Source of the DNA: an uncultured Candidatus Saccharibacteria bacterium
GTDB taxonomy: Bacteria > Patescibacteriota > Minisyncoccia > 2-02-FULL-40-12
Length of the DNA: 64,000 nt
Direction: 5' to 3'
Assembly (NCBI GenBank): GCA_964368135.1
Contig: CAYIZI010000001.1
Location: 42,926 to 106,925 of the forward strand
Shown here: one piece after another, positions 63,138 through 64,000 of the stretch
How positions within the stretch are numbered: position 1 is the first letter of the stretch
Layout: every line of letters begins with the position of its first letter
The notes under the pieces: generated by a model
What the model was told of the DNA's origin: nothing
The model's input: the letters and a program-made list of their open reading frames with translations, nothing else
The model's database searches: none
Translations under genes and position numbers: made by a program

Positions 63138-63917
63138 TTAGTCAGCCCAGATAATAAAGGTGAATACCTTCTCGTTATTTCCGAGCTCATGGACATAAAG
63201 CGAAGTCCTGCCTTTTGAATCTTTTCGAAGCTCTTTACCCCATTCAGCCGCCTCTGCCCCATTACCATTTCCGAAGCGGTTAGAAACCGTCTGATTAATC
63301 GTGGTTATGGAATCAACATGGCTGTAAATTGCCTCAAGCTGTTCATAGTCGTGCGAATTGGGATGCTCGTTTGAAGGCGGACCATCTGGATCGCTGGTGT
63401 AGTCCATGCAGGTGCCGAGATTCGGATTCGAAAAGTTTTCATCTTGGTGATCAAGACCAAACTCATGACCAACTTCCTGGCACATTACCAGACGCCTCCA
63501 AGCTGGAGTATTATAGGCAGAAGTATCGAAGTAGTTATCATTCATCTTCACGGTACCTTGGACAATGTGGCTGCCGCTTACCCAAATTGAAGCAACCCCA
63601 AGCCAACCGTTAAAACCATATCTGTAGTTACAAACCTCAACGCGGCCATTCGTCGCTCGACACCTTCGAGGGGTCGTGCCGCCTCCAACAACTGTAGTAT
63701 TCAAGACACTTGATTTACTCCAGTCACTCGAGGCCTCGGCCAGATAGGCATCCCAGGCCGTGGAAACATTATCACCCAATTTCAGAGTAAAGGGATTGGC
63801 TGTCCGCGCCCAGTGGTAAGAACCCCATGAATGAAACGCATATGCCGCCGTCCCTGCTGTCAGAACCGCGATAAGAACCAAAAGTCCGACTGTTTTCCCG
63901 CGATAATTTGAAAACAT
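63138..63917 (-). CDS. Secreted putative zinc metalloprotease (HExxH), GC-richer than background
   Basis: Signal peptide MFSNYRGKTVGLLVLIAVLTAGTAAYA and the VGHEFGLDHQDE zinc-binding HExxH motif, with Cys pairs consistent with a small secreted protease. Confidence 0.55.
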   Translation of the reverse strand: MFSNYRGKTVGLLVLIAVLTAGTAAYAFHSWGSYHWARTANPFTLKLGDNVSTAWDAYLAEASSDWSKSSVLNTTVVGGGTTPRRCRATNGRVEVCNYRYGFNGWLGVASIWVSGSHIVQGTVKMNDNYFDTSAYNTPAWRRLVMCQEVGHEFGLDHQDENFSNPNLGTCMDYTSDPDGPPSNEHPNSHDYEQLEAIYSHVDSITTINQTVSNRFGNGNGAEAAEWGKELRKDSKGRTSLYVHELGNNEKVFTFIIWAD

Positions 63918-64000
63918 AAATTATAAAGTTATGAAATAAAATTTAATTAATTTTCGACCCTGGTTTTATATTAGTGTCAATTATAGCAAATCTATAAATC

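Overview
This is a dense, low-GC window, roughly 40% GC by eye. It looks like a reduced, host-associated bacterium in the Patescibacteria/CPR style: most genes sit on the minus strand, genes are short, and many overlap by ATGA or TGA start/stop junctions. Identifiable housekeeping genes run from the 3' end of rpmE and a domain-1-less RF1 through rplY, secD, fba, a sigma-70-family factor, a pentose-phosphate/ribose block (PfkB kinase-rpe-2-hydroxyacid dehydrogenase-rpiB-trxB), clpC, a metal ABC transporter, topA-dprA-pth, lepB and a CPH-motif P1B ATPase. The accessory content falls into four groups. First, a ~16 kb surface-glycan cluster (32.2-51.0 kb) holds CDP-6-deoxyhexose genes and GT2/GT4/GT-C transferases. 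It ends in a single 1558-aa ORF that fuses a DPM1-like GT2, a processive QxxRW GT2, a multi-TM flippase-like block and a GT4. Second, a type IV pilus operon (52.7-58.5 kb) includes a protein with a prepilin leader fused to an LVIVD-repeat beta-propeller, a candidate tip adhesin. Third, a small block that looks foreign by composition (22.7-24.1 kb) carries a ClpP-family protease with a strong SD and a RelE/RelB toxin-antitoxin pair. Fourth, several repeated non-coding elements are unexplained by any gene model. These are a ~200-bp element with perfect 17-bp terminal inverted repeats plus a partial second copy, a ~50-nt motif present twice with a covarying internal hairpin, and a 30-bp perfect direct repeat flanking dedA plus a GIY-YIG nuclease gene. 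Other notable items are stand-alone Cas4-like and RecB/RNaseH-like nucleases, a frameshifted P-loop kinase and a ClpC with an N-terminal Cys4 ribbon. No rRNA, tRNA or CRISPR array was found.
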